From Janthinobacterium sp. (GTDB lineage Bacteria > Pseudomonadota > Gammaproteobacteria > Burkholderiales > Burkholderiaceae_D), in assembly GCF_025356595.1 (NCBI RefSeq), contig NZ_JANXSQ010000167.1: a stretch of DNA of 64,000 nucleotides; one strand, 5' to 3'. Made by a program: the position numbers and the translations under genes. Below are positions 55,805 to 64,000 of this stretch, piece after piece (position 1 is the stretch's first letter; the number at the start of each line of letters is the position of its first letter). Under the pieces are notes generated by a model, which made no database searches, was not told the origin of the DNA, and saw only the letters and a list, made by a program, of their open reading frames with translations.

Positions 55805-57545
55805 CCTGAATCTCCTGGCGGCGCGGCTGGCCGCGCGCGGCCCCGATTTCATCGTCGGCTGGCGCGCCGGCGCCGCCGTGCGCAACGACGCCTTCGGCGC
55901 GCGCGCGCGCGCCTGGGCCGCGCTGCTGCGGCGCCGGCCCGGCCGCCACTACGCCCTGTATCTCGAGGACAGCGTCGAATTCGCCGCCGCCCTGCTGGGC
56001 GCCTGGCAGGCCGGCAAGACCGTCTGGCTCAGCGCCGACACCCTGGCCGCCAGTTGCGCCGCGCTGGCCGCCTCGGTGGACGGCTTCCTCGGCGAATTCC
56101 CTGCCGCGCTGGCGCCCCTGGCGCCGGCGCCCGGCGACGGCGACGATGAGGGCGCGCCGCTGGCGCTGGACGCGGACGGCGCCGCGCTGGTGGTGCACAC
56201 CTCCGGCAGCACCGGCGCCGCGCAGGCGGTGCCGAAGCGGCTGGCGCAACTGGCCAGCGAGGTGACGGCGCTGGAAAGCCTGTTCGGCGCCCAGCTGGGC
56301 GACGCCGCCATCGTCGCCACGGTGTCGCACCAGCACATCTACGGCCTGCTGTTCAAGGTGCTGTGGCCGCTGGCGGCCGGGCGCGCCATCGTCGCCCACA
56401 GCGTCAGCTTCTCCGAACAACTGGCCCTGCTGCTGGCCGAGCGCCCCTGCGCGCTGGTGGCCAGCCCGGCCCATCTGAAGCGCCTGCCGGCGCACCTCGA
56501 CTGGCGCGCCGGCGCGGCGCAACTGCGCGCCGTGTTCTCTTCCGGCGGCCCGCTGGCGCCGGACGACGCGCGCGCCACCGGCGCCATGCTGGGACGGGTG
56601 CCGGCGGAAGTCTACGGCAGTTCGGAGACGGGCGGCATCGCCTGGCGCCGCCGCGACGCCGGCAGCGACGAATCCTGGCTGGCCTTCCCGAACGTGGACT
56701 GGCGCGTGGCCGAGGCGGAGGGGGCGCTCGAAGTGCGCTCGCCGCACCTGGCCGACGCCGGCTGGCTGCGCTTGGCCGACCGCGTCCGCGCCGCCGGGGA
56801 AGGGCGCTTCCAGCTGCTCGGGCGCAGCGACCGCATCGTCAAGATCGAAGAGAAGCGCATCTCGCTGGACGGCGTCGAAGCGGCGCTGGCGGCCTCGCCG
56901 CTGGTGGCCGAGGCGCGCGTGCTGCTGTGCGCGCCCGCGCCGGGCCGGCGCCAGACCCTGGCCGCCTTCGTCGTCCTGTCCGCCGCCGGCCGCGCCGCGC
57001 TGGACGGCGCCGGCAAGGCGGCCCTGAACGCCCGCCTGCGCGCCGCGCTGGGCGGCGCCGTCGACGCCGTGGCGCTGCCGCGGCGCTGGCGTTATCTGGA
57101 GCGCCTGCCCGTCAACGCGCAGGGCAAGACCACCCAGGCCATGCTGCTGGCGCTGCTCGACGAGGCGCGCCCGCTGCGTCCGCACCTGCGCCTGCTCGAG
57201 CGCGCGGCGGAGCGCGTGCTGCTGGAGATCAGCGTGCCGGCCAATCTGCTCTACCTGGACGGCCATTTCAGCGAGGCGCCCATCCTGCCCGGCGTGGTGC
57301 AGGTCGACTGGGCCATCGCCTACGGGCGCGAGTACTTCGCGCTGCCGGCGCGCTTCCTGGCCATCCACGCGCTGAAGTTCCAGCACGTGGTGCGGCCCGA
57401 CGCGCCGCTGCGCCTGGAACTGCTGCACGACGCCGCCAAGGGCAGCCTGACCTTCCGCTACCTGTCCGACAGCGGCCAGCACGCCAGTGGCCGCATCCTG
57501 TTCGGCGCCGCCGACGACACCCCAACCGCAAAGACCGCATGCTAG
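55794..57545 (+). CDS. AMP-dependent (acyl/aryl) ligase fused to a C-terminal FabA/FabZ-like hot-dog dehydratase domain
   Basis: Adenylation motifs [15 protein letters not shown] and NAQGKT. The C-terminal roughly 130 aa carry [20 protein letters not shown], a FabZ-like signature. Confidence 0.85.
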   Translation: MSDSLNLLAARLAARGPDFIVGWRAGAAVRNDAFGARARAWAALLRRRPGRHYALYLEDSVEFAAALLGAWQAGKTVWLSADTLAASCAALAASVDGFLGEFPAALAPLAPAPGDGDDEGAPLALDADGAALVVHTSGSTGAAQAVPKRLAQLASEVTALESLFGAQLGDAAIVATVSHQHIYGLLFKVLWPLAAGRAIVAHSVSFSEQLALLLAERPCALVASPAHLKRLPAHLDWRAGAAQLRAVFSSGGPLAPDDARATGAMLGRVPAEVYGSSETGGIAWRRRDAGSDESWLAFPNVDWRVAEAEGALEVRSPHLADAGWLRLADRVRAAGEGRFQLLGRSDRIVKIEEKRISLDGVEAALAASPLVAEARVLLCAPAPGRRQTLAAFVVLSAAGRAALDGAGKAALNARLRAALGGAVDAVALPRRWRYLERLPVNAQGKTTQAMLLALLDEARPLRPHLRLLERAAERVLLEISVPANLLYLDGHFSEAPILPGVVQVDWAIAYGREYFALPARFLAIHALKFQHVVRPDAPLRLELLHDAAKGSLTFRYLSDSGQHASGRILFGAADDTPTAKTAC

Positions 57546-58627
57546 ATAAAACCTTTTCCCCCGTCCGCCAGAGCGCCTTCGCCGCCCGTTTCGAGGCGCA
57601 GAAAATCGCCTTCGGGCCGGTGGTCTTCCAGTGCGTGCGCTACGCCTGGAAGCGCGGCATGCTGCAGGCCCTGGCCGACGCCGGCAAGGACGGCCTGGCC
57701 GTGGCCGAGATGGCCGCCGGCGGGCAGTGGAGCGAATACGCGCTGAAGGTGACGCTGGAGTCGTGCCTGTCGGCCGGCGTCGTCGCGCTGCGCGGCGGGC
57801 GCTATGTGCTCGACAAGGTCGGCTATTGCGTGCTGACCGACAAGATCACCCAGATCAACCTCGATTTCAACCACGACGTCTGCTACCGGGGCTTGTTCGA
57901 CCTCGACCGCTCGCTCGACCAGGAGGCGCCGCTCGGCCTGCGGACGCTGGGCGACTGGCCGACCCTGTACGAGGGCATGGCGGAACTGCCGGAGCCGGCC
58001 AAGGGCAGTTGGTTCGCCTTCGACCATCATTATTCCGACACCTCCTTCCCGACCATCCTGCCGGACGTCTTCGCCACGGCGCCGCGGCGCGTGATGGACA
58101 TCGGCGCCAACACGGGCAAGTTCAGCTGCGCCGCGCTGGCCTACCAGACTAAGGTGGAGTTGCACCTGGTCGACCTGGCGCGCCAACTGGCCGTGGCCGA
58201 CGCCGCGCTGCGGGAAGCGGGCGTGCGCGAACGGGCCCAGTTGCACGCCGTCGACCTGCTCGACGACGCGGCCGCGCTGGAGGCCGGCATGGACTTGATC
58301 TGGATGAGCCAGTTCCTCAGCTGCTTCAGCGAGGCGGCCATCGCCAGCATCCTGCGCCGCGTCGCGGCCGCGCTGGCGCCGGGCGGCCAGGTGCTGATCA
58401 TGGACACCTTCTGGGACCGCCAGCAGTACGACATCGCCGCCTACTGCCTGATCAACACCTCGCCGTACTTCACGGCCATGGCCAGCGGCAACAGCAAGAT
58501 CTACGAAAGCGCCGACTATGTGCGCCTGGCCGGGGAGGCCGGACTGGAACTGCTGACCAGCCGCGACGGCATCGGTTATTGCCACTCGCTGCTGCGCTTC
58601 GGCCGCGCCGGGGCGGCCGATGTTTAA
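57539..58627 (+). CDS. SAM-dependent methyltransferase (O-methyltransferase-like with an N-terminal dimerisation/wHTH domain)
   Basis: Internal ATG at 57539 (MLDKTFSPV..). Motif I VMDIGANTGKF. Confidence 0.85.
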   Translation: MLDKTFSPVRQSAFAARFEAQKIAFGPVVFQCVRYAWKRGMLQALADAGKDGLAVAEMAAGGQWSEYALKVTLESCLSAGVVALRGGRYVLDKVGYCVLTDKITQINLDFNHDVCYRGLFDLDRSLDQEAPLGLRTLGDWPTLYEGMAELPEPAKGSWFAFDHHYSDTSFPTILPDVFATAPRRVMDIGANTGKFSCAALAYQTKVELHLVDLARQLAVADAALREAGVRERAQLHAVDLLDDAAALEAGMDLIWMSQFLSCFSEAAIASILRRVAAALAPGGQVLIMDTFWDRQQYDIAAYCLINTSPYFTAMASGNSKIYESADYVRLAGEAGLELLTSRDGIGYCHSLLRFGRAGAADV

Positions 58628-59363
58628 ACCCTGCATCGTCGTCCCCGTGTACAACCACGAGCACGCGGTGACGGCCGTGGTGCAGGGCTTGCTGCGGCAC
58701 GGCCTGCACTGCATCCTGGTCGACGACGGCAGCGCGGCGCCCTGCGCGCGCGCGCTGGACGCGCTGGCGCTGGCCGAGCCAAGCCGCATCACGCTGCTGC
58801 GCCACGCCGTCAACCAAGGCAAGGGCGCGGCGGTGCTGAGCGGCTTCGCCGAGGCGGGCCGGCGCGGCTACAGCCATCTGCTGCAGATCGACGCCGACGG
58901 CCAGCACGACGGCGCCGACGTGCCGCGCTTCCTGGCCCAGGCCGGTGCGCATCCGGCCGCCGTCATCGCCGGCTGTCCCGTGTACGACGCCTCGGTGCCG
59001 GCGGCGCGCCTGTACGGCCGCTACGCCACCCACATCTGGGTGTGGATCAACACCCTGTCGCTGCAGATCAAGGATTCGATGTGCGGCTTCCGCGTTTATC
59101 CGGTGGCGCCGGTGCTGGCGCTGGCGCGCGCCGGCGCGCTGGGCCGGCGCATGAATTTCGACACCGACATCCTGGTGCGCCTGTACTGGGCCGGGCTGGA
59201 GGTGCGCAACCTGCCGACCCGGGTCGCCTATCCGGCCGACGGCGTCTCGCACTTCCGCCTGTGGCGGGACAATGTGCTGATCACGCGCATGCACACGCAA
59301 CTGTTCTTCGGCATGCTGTGGCGCTTGCCGCGCCTGCTGGCGCGCCATTGGCGGCGCCCGTGA
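58620..59363 (+). CDS. Family 2 glycosyltransferase
   Basis: VVPVYNHE..LVDDGS..DADGQH motifs. Confidence 0.88.
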   Translation: MFKPCIVVPVYNHEHAVTAVVQGLLRHGLHCILVDDGSAAPCARALDALALAEPSRITLLRHAVNQGKGAAVLSGFAEAGRRGYSHLLQIDADGQHDGADVPRFLAQAGAHPAAVIAGCPVYDASVPAARLYGRYATHIWVWINTLSLQIKDSMCGFRVYPVAPVLALARAGALGRRMNFDTDILVRLYWAGLEVRNLPTRVAYPADGVSHFRLWRDNVLITRMHTQLFFGMLWRLPRLLARHWRRP

Positions 59364-60301
59364 GCGGCGCGCCGCGCCACTGGGCCGCGATCAACGAAGT
59401 GAGCTTCGTGGCCGGCATGCGCTTCCTGTTCTGGGTCTGCCGCGTGTTCGGCCGCTGGCCCTTCCGCGTCCTGCTGTATCCGGTGCTGGGCTGGTATGTG
59501 CTGAGCAAGCCTCGGCCGCGGCGCGCCTCCGCCGACTACCTGCGCCGCGTGCGCCTGGCCGGCGCCGCCCCGGTGCCCGGCGTGCTGCGCCATTTCGCCG
59601 CCTTCGCCGAGAGCATCCTCGACAAGATGCTGCTGTGGGGCGGCCTGTTCGACGCCGCCAGCGTCAGCTTCCACGGCCAGGACACGGTCGAGCGCAGCCT
59701 GGGCCGGGGGCAGGGCGCGCTGCTGATCTGCTCGCATTTCGGCAACCTGGAGCTGTGCCGCGTGCTCTCCCGCCAACGGCCCGGCCTGAGGCTGACGGTG
59801 CTGGTGCACACCAAGCACGCGCAAGCCTTCAACCGCATGCTGGCGCGCCTGAACCCGGACAGCCAGTTGAACCTGATGCAGGTGAGCGAGATGACGCCGG
59901 CCACCGCCATGCTGCTGGCCGAGCGCATCGCCGCCGGCGAATTCGTCGTCATCGCCGGCGACCGCGTTCCCGTCTCGCCCCGTCCGCGCGTGGCCGTGGC
60001 CGATTTCCTCGGCGCGCCGGCGGCCTTTCCGGTCGGTCCCTACGTGCTGGCCAGCATACTCAAATGCCCGGTGTACCTGCTGTTCTCGATGCGCAGCGGC
60101 GCCCGCTCCGAGGTGCATTTCGAGCTGTTCCGCGAGTCGCTGCGGCTGCCGCGCCAGGGCCGCGACGCGGCGCTGGCGGCGCTGGCCGGCGACTACGCGG
60201 CGCGCCTGCAGCACTTCTGCCTGCGCGCGCCGCTGCAATGGTTTAATTTTTTCGATTTTTGGCATTTACCCGAACTGGACACTCCCGATGCTTCCCGCTG
60301 A
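59360..60301 (+). CDS. LpxL/HtrB-like lipid A biosynthesis-type acyltransferase
   Basis: GTG at 59360 (GTGA overlap with the previous stop). N-terminal TM segment. HX4E motif SHFGNLE. About 313 aa. Confidence 0.78.
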   Translation: MSGAPRHWAAINEVSFVAGMRFLFWVCRVFGRWPFRVLLYPVLGWYVLSKPRPRRASADYLRRVRLAGAAPVPGVLRHFAAFAESILDKMLLWGGLFDAASVSFHGQDTVERSLGRGQGALLICSHFGNLELCRVLSRQRPGLRLTVLVHTKHAQAFNRMLARLNPDSQLNLMQVSEMTPATAMLLAERIAAGEFVVIAGDRVPVSPRPRVAVADFLGAPAAFPVGPYVLASILKCPVYLLFSMRSGARSEVHFELFRESLRLPRQGRDAALAALAGDYAARLQHFCLRAPLQWFNFFDFWHLPELDTPDASR

Positions 60302-61844
60302 ACTGAACCATCCCCGCCGCGCCGTGCGCTTCGACCGCGAGCGCCTGTGCATCGAAGACATCGTCGACATCGCCCACGGCCGCGCCGACGCCACCCTGTC
60401 GGACGATCCGGTGTTCCGCGCCGCCATCGCGCGCGGCGCCGACTTCCTCGACCGCCTGCTGCGCGAGGACGGCACCATCTACGGCGTCACCACCGGCTAC
60501 GGCGACTCCTGCACGGTGACGGTGCCGCCCGAACTGGTGGCCGAACTGCCGCACCACCTGTACACCTACCACGGCTGCGGCCTGGGCGAATACTTCAATC
60601 CGGCGCAGACGCGCGCCGTCATGGCGGCGCGCCTGGCCTCGCTGTGCAAGGGTTACTCGGGCGTCAGCGTCGCCCTGCTGGAGCAGATCGCGCGCCTGCT
60701 CGACGCCGGCCTGCTGCCCCTGATCCCCTCGGAGGGCTCGGTCGGCGCCAGCGGCGACCTGACGCCGCTGTCCTACCTGGCGGCGGTGCTGTGCGGCGAG
60801 CGCGAAGTGTGGCGCGACGGCGCGCAGCTGCCGGCCGCGCAGGCGCTGCGCGAGGCCGGCATCGCGCCGCTGCGCCTGCGCCCGAAGGAGGGCCTGGCGA
60901 TCATGAACGGCACCGCCGTGATGACGGCGCTGGCCTGCCTGGCCTACGACCGCGCCGCCTATCTGGCCAAATTGTGCACGCGGATCACGGCCATGGCCTC
61001 CTTCGCGCTGGACGGCAACGCCCACCATTTCGACGCGGTCCTGTTCTCGGTGAAGCCGCATCCGGGCATGCAGCAGGTGGCCGCCTGGTTGCGCAGCGAC
61101 CTGCCCACCGAGCAGTGGGAACGCAACGGCAAGCGCCTGCAGGACCGCTATTCGATCCGCTGCGCGCCGCACGTCATCGGCGTGCTGGCCGACGCGCTGC
61201 CCTGGTTCCGCTCTTCCATCGAGAATGAGCTCAACAGCGCCAACGACAATCCCATCATCGACGCCGAGGGCGAGCGCGTGCTGCACGGCGGCCATTTCTA
61301 CGGCGGCCACATCGCCTTCGCCATGGACAGCATGAAGAACACGGTGGCCAACCTGGCCGACCTGCTGGACCGGCAGATGGCGCTGCTGGTCGACAGCCGC
61401 TACAACCACGGCCTGCCGGCCAATCTGTCCGGCGCCACCGGGCCGCGCGCGGCCATCAACCACGGCCTGAAGGCGCTGCAGATCAGCGCCTCGGCGTGGA
61501 CGGCGGAGGCGCTCAAGCTGACCATGCCGGCCTCGGTGTTCTCGCGCTCGACCGAGTGCCACAACCAGGACAAGGTCAGCATGGGCACCATCGCCGCGCG
61601 CGACTGCCTGCGCGTGCTGGAACTGACCGAGCAGGTGGTCGCCGCGCTGCTGATCACGGTGCGCCAGGGCGTCTGGCTGCGCTGCCGCGAGAATCCCGCC
61701 GTGGCGCCGCAGGCCGCGCTGACGCGCATGATGGAGGCGCTGGGCGCCGACATCGCCCCGGTCGAGGAGGATCGCCGCCTGGAGCCGGACCTGCGCCTGC
61801 TGATCGAGCGCATCCGCGCCCAGGCCTGGGATTTGTATGCGTAA
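60288..61844 (+). CDS. Aromatic amino acid ammonia-lyase (HAL/TAL/PAL family, MIO cofactor)
   Basis: MIO-forming triad in GSVGASGDLTPLSY. YGVTTGYG and NQDKVSMG motifs. Substrate not assignable by eye. Confidence 0.92.
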   Translation: MLPAELNHPRRAVRFDRERLCIEDIVDIAHGRADATLSDDPVFRAAIARGADFLDRLLREDGTIYGVTTGYGDSCTVTVPPELVAELPHHLYTYHGCGLGEYFNPAQTRAVMAARLASLCKGYSGVSVALLEQIARLLDAGLLPLIPSEGSVGASGDLTPLSYLAAVLCGEREVWRDGAQLPAAQALREAGIAPLRLRPKEGLAIMNGTAVMTALACLAYDRAAYLAKLCTRITAMASFALDGNAHHFDAVLFSVKPHPGMQQVAAWLRSDLPTEQWERNGKRLQDRYSIRCAPHVIGVLADALPWFRSSIENELNSANDNPIIDAEGERVLHGGHFYGGHIAFAMDSMKNTVANLADLLDRQMALLVDSRYNHGLPANLSGATGPRAAINHGLKALQISASAWTAEALKLTMPASVFSRSTECHNQDKVSMGTIAARDCLRVLELTEQVVAALLITVRQGVWLRCRENPAVAPQAALTRMMEALGADIAPVEEDRRLEPDLRLLIERIRAQAWDLYA

Positions 61845-62271
61845 GGGCGCGCCGGCCAGCCGCTGGTACGCCGAGGTGGAGATGCAGGTGCAGTTCTTCG
61901 ACCTCGATCCGATGGAGATCGTCTGGCACGGGCGCTACGTCAAGTACCTCGAAGTGGTGCGCTGCGCCCTGCTCGACAAGATAGGCTACAACTACGTGCA
62001 GATGAAGGCTTCCGGCTTCGCCTGGCCGGTCATCGACATGCACCTGCGCTACGTCGCGCCGGCCACCTTCGGCCAGCGCCTGAAGCTGCGCGCCGACCTG
62101 GTGGAGTGGGAAAACCGCCTGAAGATCGACTATCTGATCAGCGACGCCGTGACCGGCAAGCGCCTCAACAAGGCCAGCACGGTCCAGGTCGCGGTCGCCA
62201 TCGGCAGCGGCGAGATGTGCTTCGCCTCGCCGCCCGTCCTGTTTGAAAAATTGGGAGTGGAACCGACATGA
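61837..62271 (+). CDS. 4HBT/YbgC-type hot-dog acyl-CoA/ACP thioesterase
   Basis: VQFFDLDPMEIVWHGRYVKYLE catalytic Asp context. Length is 144 aa. Confidence 0.85.
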   Translation: MRKGAPASRWYAEVEMQVQFFDLDPMEIVWHGRYVKYLEVVRCALLDKIGYNYVQMKASGFAWPVIDMHLRYVAPATFGQRLKLRADLVEWENRLKIDYLISDAVTGKRLNKASTVQVAVAIGSGEMCFASPPVLFEKLGVEPT

Positions 62272-62870
62272 AACGCATCATTTTGAGCCTGGCGCTGCTG
62301 GCCCTGGCGCCCCCGGCGCCGGCCGCCGCGCCGGTGGCGAAGATCCAGTCCCTGCTGGCGAAACCGAAGGTGCTGTGCGGTCGCTTCGACCAGAGCAAGC
62401 AACTGGCCGGCATGAAGAAGCCGCTGGCGGCGAACGGGCGCTTCTGCGTCGTGGCCGGCAAGGGCGTACTGTGGCGCACCCTGCAACCGTTCCCGAACAC
62501 CCTGCGCCTGACGCGCGACGAGATCGTCCACTTCCAGGGCGAGCGCGTGGCCATGCGCCTGGACGCGAAGACCGAGCCGGTGGTGCGCATGATTAACGGC
62601 GTGCTGTTCGCGCTGCTGGCCGGCGACCTGGCGCAGCTGGAGACGCTGTTCGAGGTGGACGGCACGGTGGACGGCGGCAACTGGCAGGTGGCGCTGAAGG
62701 CGCGCGAGCCGGCGCTGGCGAAGGCCGTCGGCAGCATCAGGCTGGACGGCGCCGCCTACGTGAAGAACATCGCCATCAGCGAGGCCAGCGGCGACCGCAC
62801 CAGCATCGTCTTCTCGGCCATCCAGAGCGGCGACGCCGCCATCACGGCGGAAGAGGCGGCGCTGTTTTGA
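62268..62870 (+). CDS. LolA-like outer-membrane lipoprotein carrier family protein
   Basis: Signal peptide. C/F-rich LolA-like N-terminal strand pattern (..GRFDQSKQL..ANGRF). ATGA overlap with the thioesterase stop. Confidence 0.78.
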   Translation: MKRIILSLALLALAPPAPAAAPVAKIQSLLAKPKVLCGRFDQSKQLAGMKKPLAANGRFCVVAGKGVLWRTLQPFPNTLRLTRDEIVHFQGERVAMRLDAKTEPVVRMINGVLFALLAGDLAQLETLFEVDGTVDGGNWQVALKAREPALAKAVGSIRLDGAAYVKNIAISEASGDRTSIVFSAIQSGDAAITAEEAALF

Positions 62871-64000
62871 GGCGCGCCAGAACCTGGGCGGCGCTATGGG
62901 CGGTGGTGGTGTGCCTGCTGCTGGGGCATAACGCCTACCTGTGGTTGGTGCAGCGCATCGTGCCCGACACCGACATCCTGGCCCTGCTGCCGGTGCAGCA
63001 GCGCGACCCGGTGCTGCAGCAATCCTTCGGCCACATGGTCGACGCGGCCCAGCAGCGCCTGGTGATCCTGGTCGGCGCCGAGGACTGGGGCGACGCCCGG
63101 CGCGCCGCCGACGCCTACGGCGCCGTGCTGGCGACCCGCCCCGACCTGTTCCAGGCCACGCCGATCGACGAGAAGACGCAGAACGACTGGTTGTCGGTGT
63201 TCGAGCGGCACCGCCTGACCCTGTTGACGGCGCAGCAGGAGGCGCAGTTGCGCGGGCAGGGCGCGCAGTTCTGGCTGGACGCGGCGCTGAGTAAACTGTA
63301 CAGCCCCTTCGGCGGCCCGAAACTGGGCGCCTGGCAGGACGATCCCTTCGGCCTGTTCGGCGGCTGGGTGCAGGAACGGGCCCAGGAAACCCCGGTGCGC
63401 CCGCGCGACGGCCACCTCTTCGTCGCCGACGCCAAGCGCCAGTACGTGCTGCTGGCGCTGACGCTGAAGGCGCCGGCCTTTTCCATCAGCGCGCAACACG
63501 CCGTACTGCCCCTGCTCGAGCGGGCCGGCGCGGCCGCGCGCAGGACCCTGCCCAAGGTCGAACTGATCAGCGCCGGGGTGATCCTGCACGCCGCCGCCGC
63601 CAGCGAGCAGGCCAGCGGCGAGGTGTCGACCATCGGCATCGGTTCGCTGCTCGGCATCGTCCTGCTGATGTGGTTCAGCTTCCGCTCCTTCAAGCCGATC
63701 GCCCTGATCCTGCTGTCGATCGGCATCGGCTGCCTGGGCGCGCTGTCGGTGTGCTGGTTGTTGTTCGGCCGCGTGCATTTGCTGACGCTGGTGTTCGGCG
63801 CCAGCCTGATCGGCGTGGCCCAGGATTACGGCATCTACTTCCTGTGCAACCGCCTCGGCGCCGACCCCGCGCTCGATTCGCGCGCGCTGCTGAAACGCCT
63901 GCTGCCGGGCCTGTGCCTGACCCTGCTGGCGGCCGTCATCGGCTACATGGGGCTGGCCCTGACGCCTTTCCCCGGCCTGCGCCACATGGCCGTCTTCTCC
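62867..64000 (+). CDS. MMPL/RND-like membrane exporter, 3'-truncated by the window edge
   Basis: Not in the ORF track because it has no stop. TTG at 62867 (TTGA overlap). I translated the 5' part (RRARTWAALWAVVVCLLL..) and a later stretch (..SLLGIVLLMWFSFRSFKPIALILLSIGIG..GVAQDYGIYF) and saw no stop; the rest was not checked. MMPL-like TM bundle. The start is uncertain. Confidence 0.8.
   Translation, partial: MRRARTWAALWAVVVCLLLGHNAYLWLVQRIVPDTDILALLPVQQRDPVLQQSFGHMVDAAQQRLVILVGAEDWGDARRAADAYGAVLATRPDLFQATPIDEKTQNDWLSVFERHRLTLLTAQQEAQLRGQGAQFWLDAALSKLYSPFGGPKLGAWQDDPFGLFGGWVQERAQETPVRPRDGHLFVADAKRQYVLLALTLKAPAFSISAQHAVLPLLERAGAAARRTLPKVELISAGVILHAAAASEQASGEVSTIGIGSLLGIVLLMWFSFRSFKPIALILLSIGIGCLGALSVCWLLFGRVHLLTLVFGASLIGVAQDYGIYFLCNRLGADPALDSRALLKRLLPGLCLTLLAAVIGYMGLALTPFPGLRHMAVFS

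Overview
This is a 64-kb chromosomal window from a high-GC betaproteobacterium. By-eye spot counts give about 63-70% GC. Gene order suggests Burkholderiales, possibly Oxalobacteraceae, but that rests on synteny alone. Most of the window is conserved core. It holds trpB(5' partial)-trpA-accD-folC-SPOR/dedD-like-cvpA-purF-metZ, then lexA with two SOS boxes, rpsF-priB-rpsR-rplI-dnaB, and a DUF47/PhoU-like gene with pit. A metal and stress neighbourhood follows: copA-cueR with a MerR-type operator, TauE, two GSTs, a YafY regulator, copZ, a bestrophin-like channel and DUF3422. After that come PhoH2 (PIN-PhoH), bcp, an L-Ara4N lipid A modification (arn) cluster with a split arnA, alaA-hom, tctDE with a porin and an orphan Bug/TctC-like binding protein, and a Fe3+-type ABC importer. 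I saw no rRNA, tRNA, CRISPR array, transposase or integrase. Four things look accessory or unusual. (1) A lower-GC, roughly 2.6-kb insertion lies right after the hom terminator. It carries a 513-aa Fic protein whose N-terminus looks like an AbiEi-type wHTH antitoxin domain. Five tandem 23-bp-periodic repeats abut its start codon. (2) A tiny lipoprotein consists almost only of about 34 uninterrupted Gly-X-Thr/Gln collagen triplets. (3) A tightly translationally coupled aryl-polyene-like lipid/polyketide operon includes an aromatic amino acid ammonia-lyase and runs off the window end. (4) A second lower-GC patch carries a YafY-GST pair. The many long antisense ORFs in the track are high-GC shadow ORFs and were rejected.
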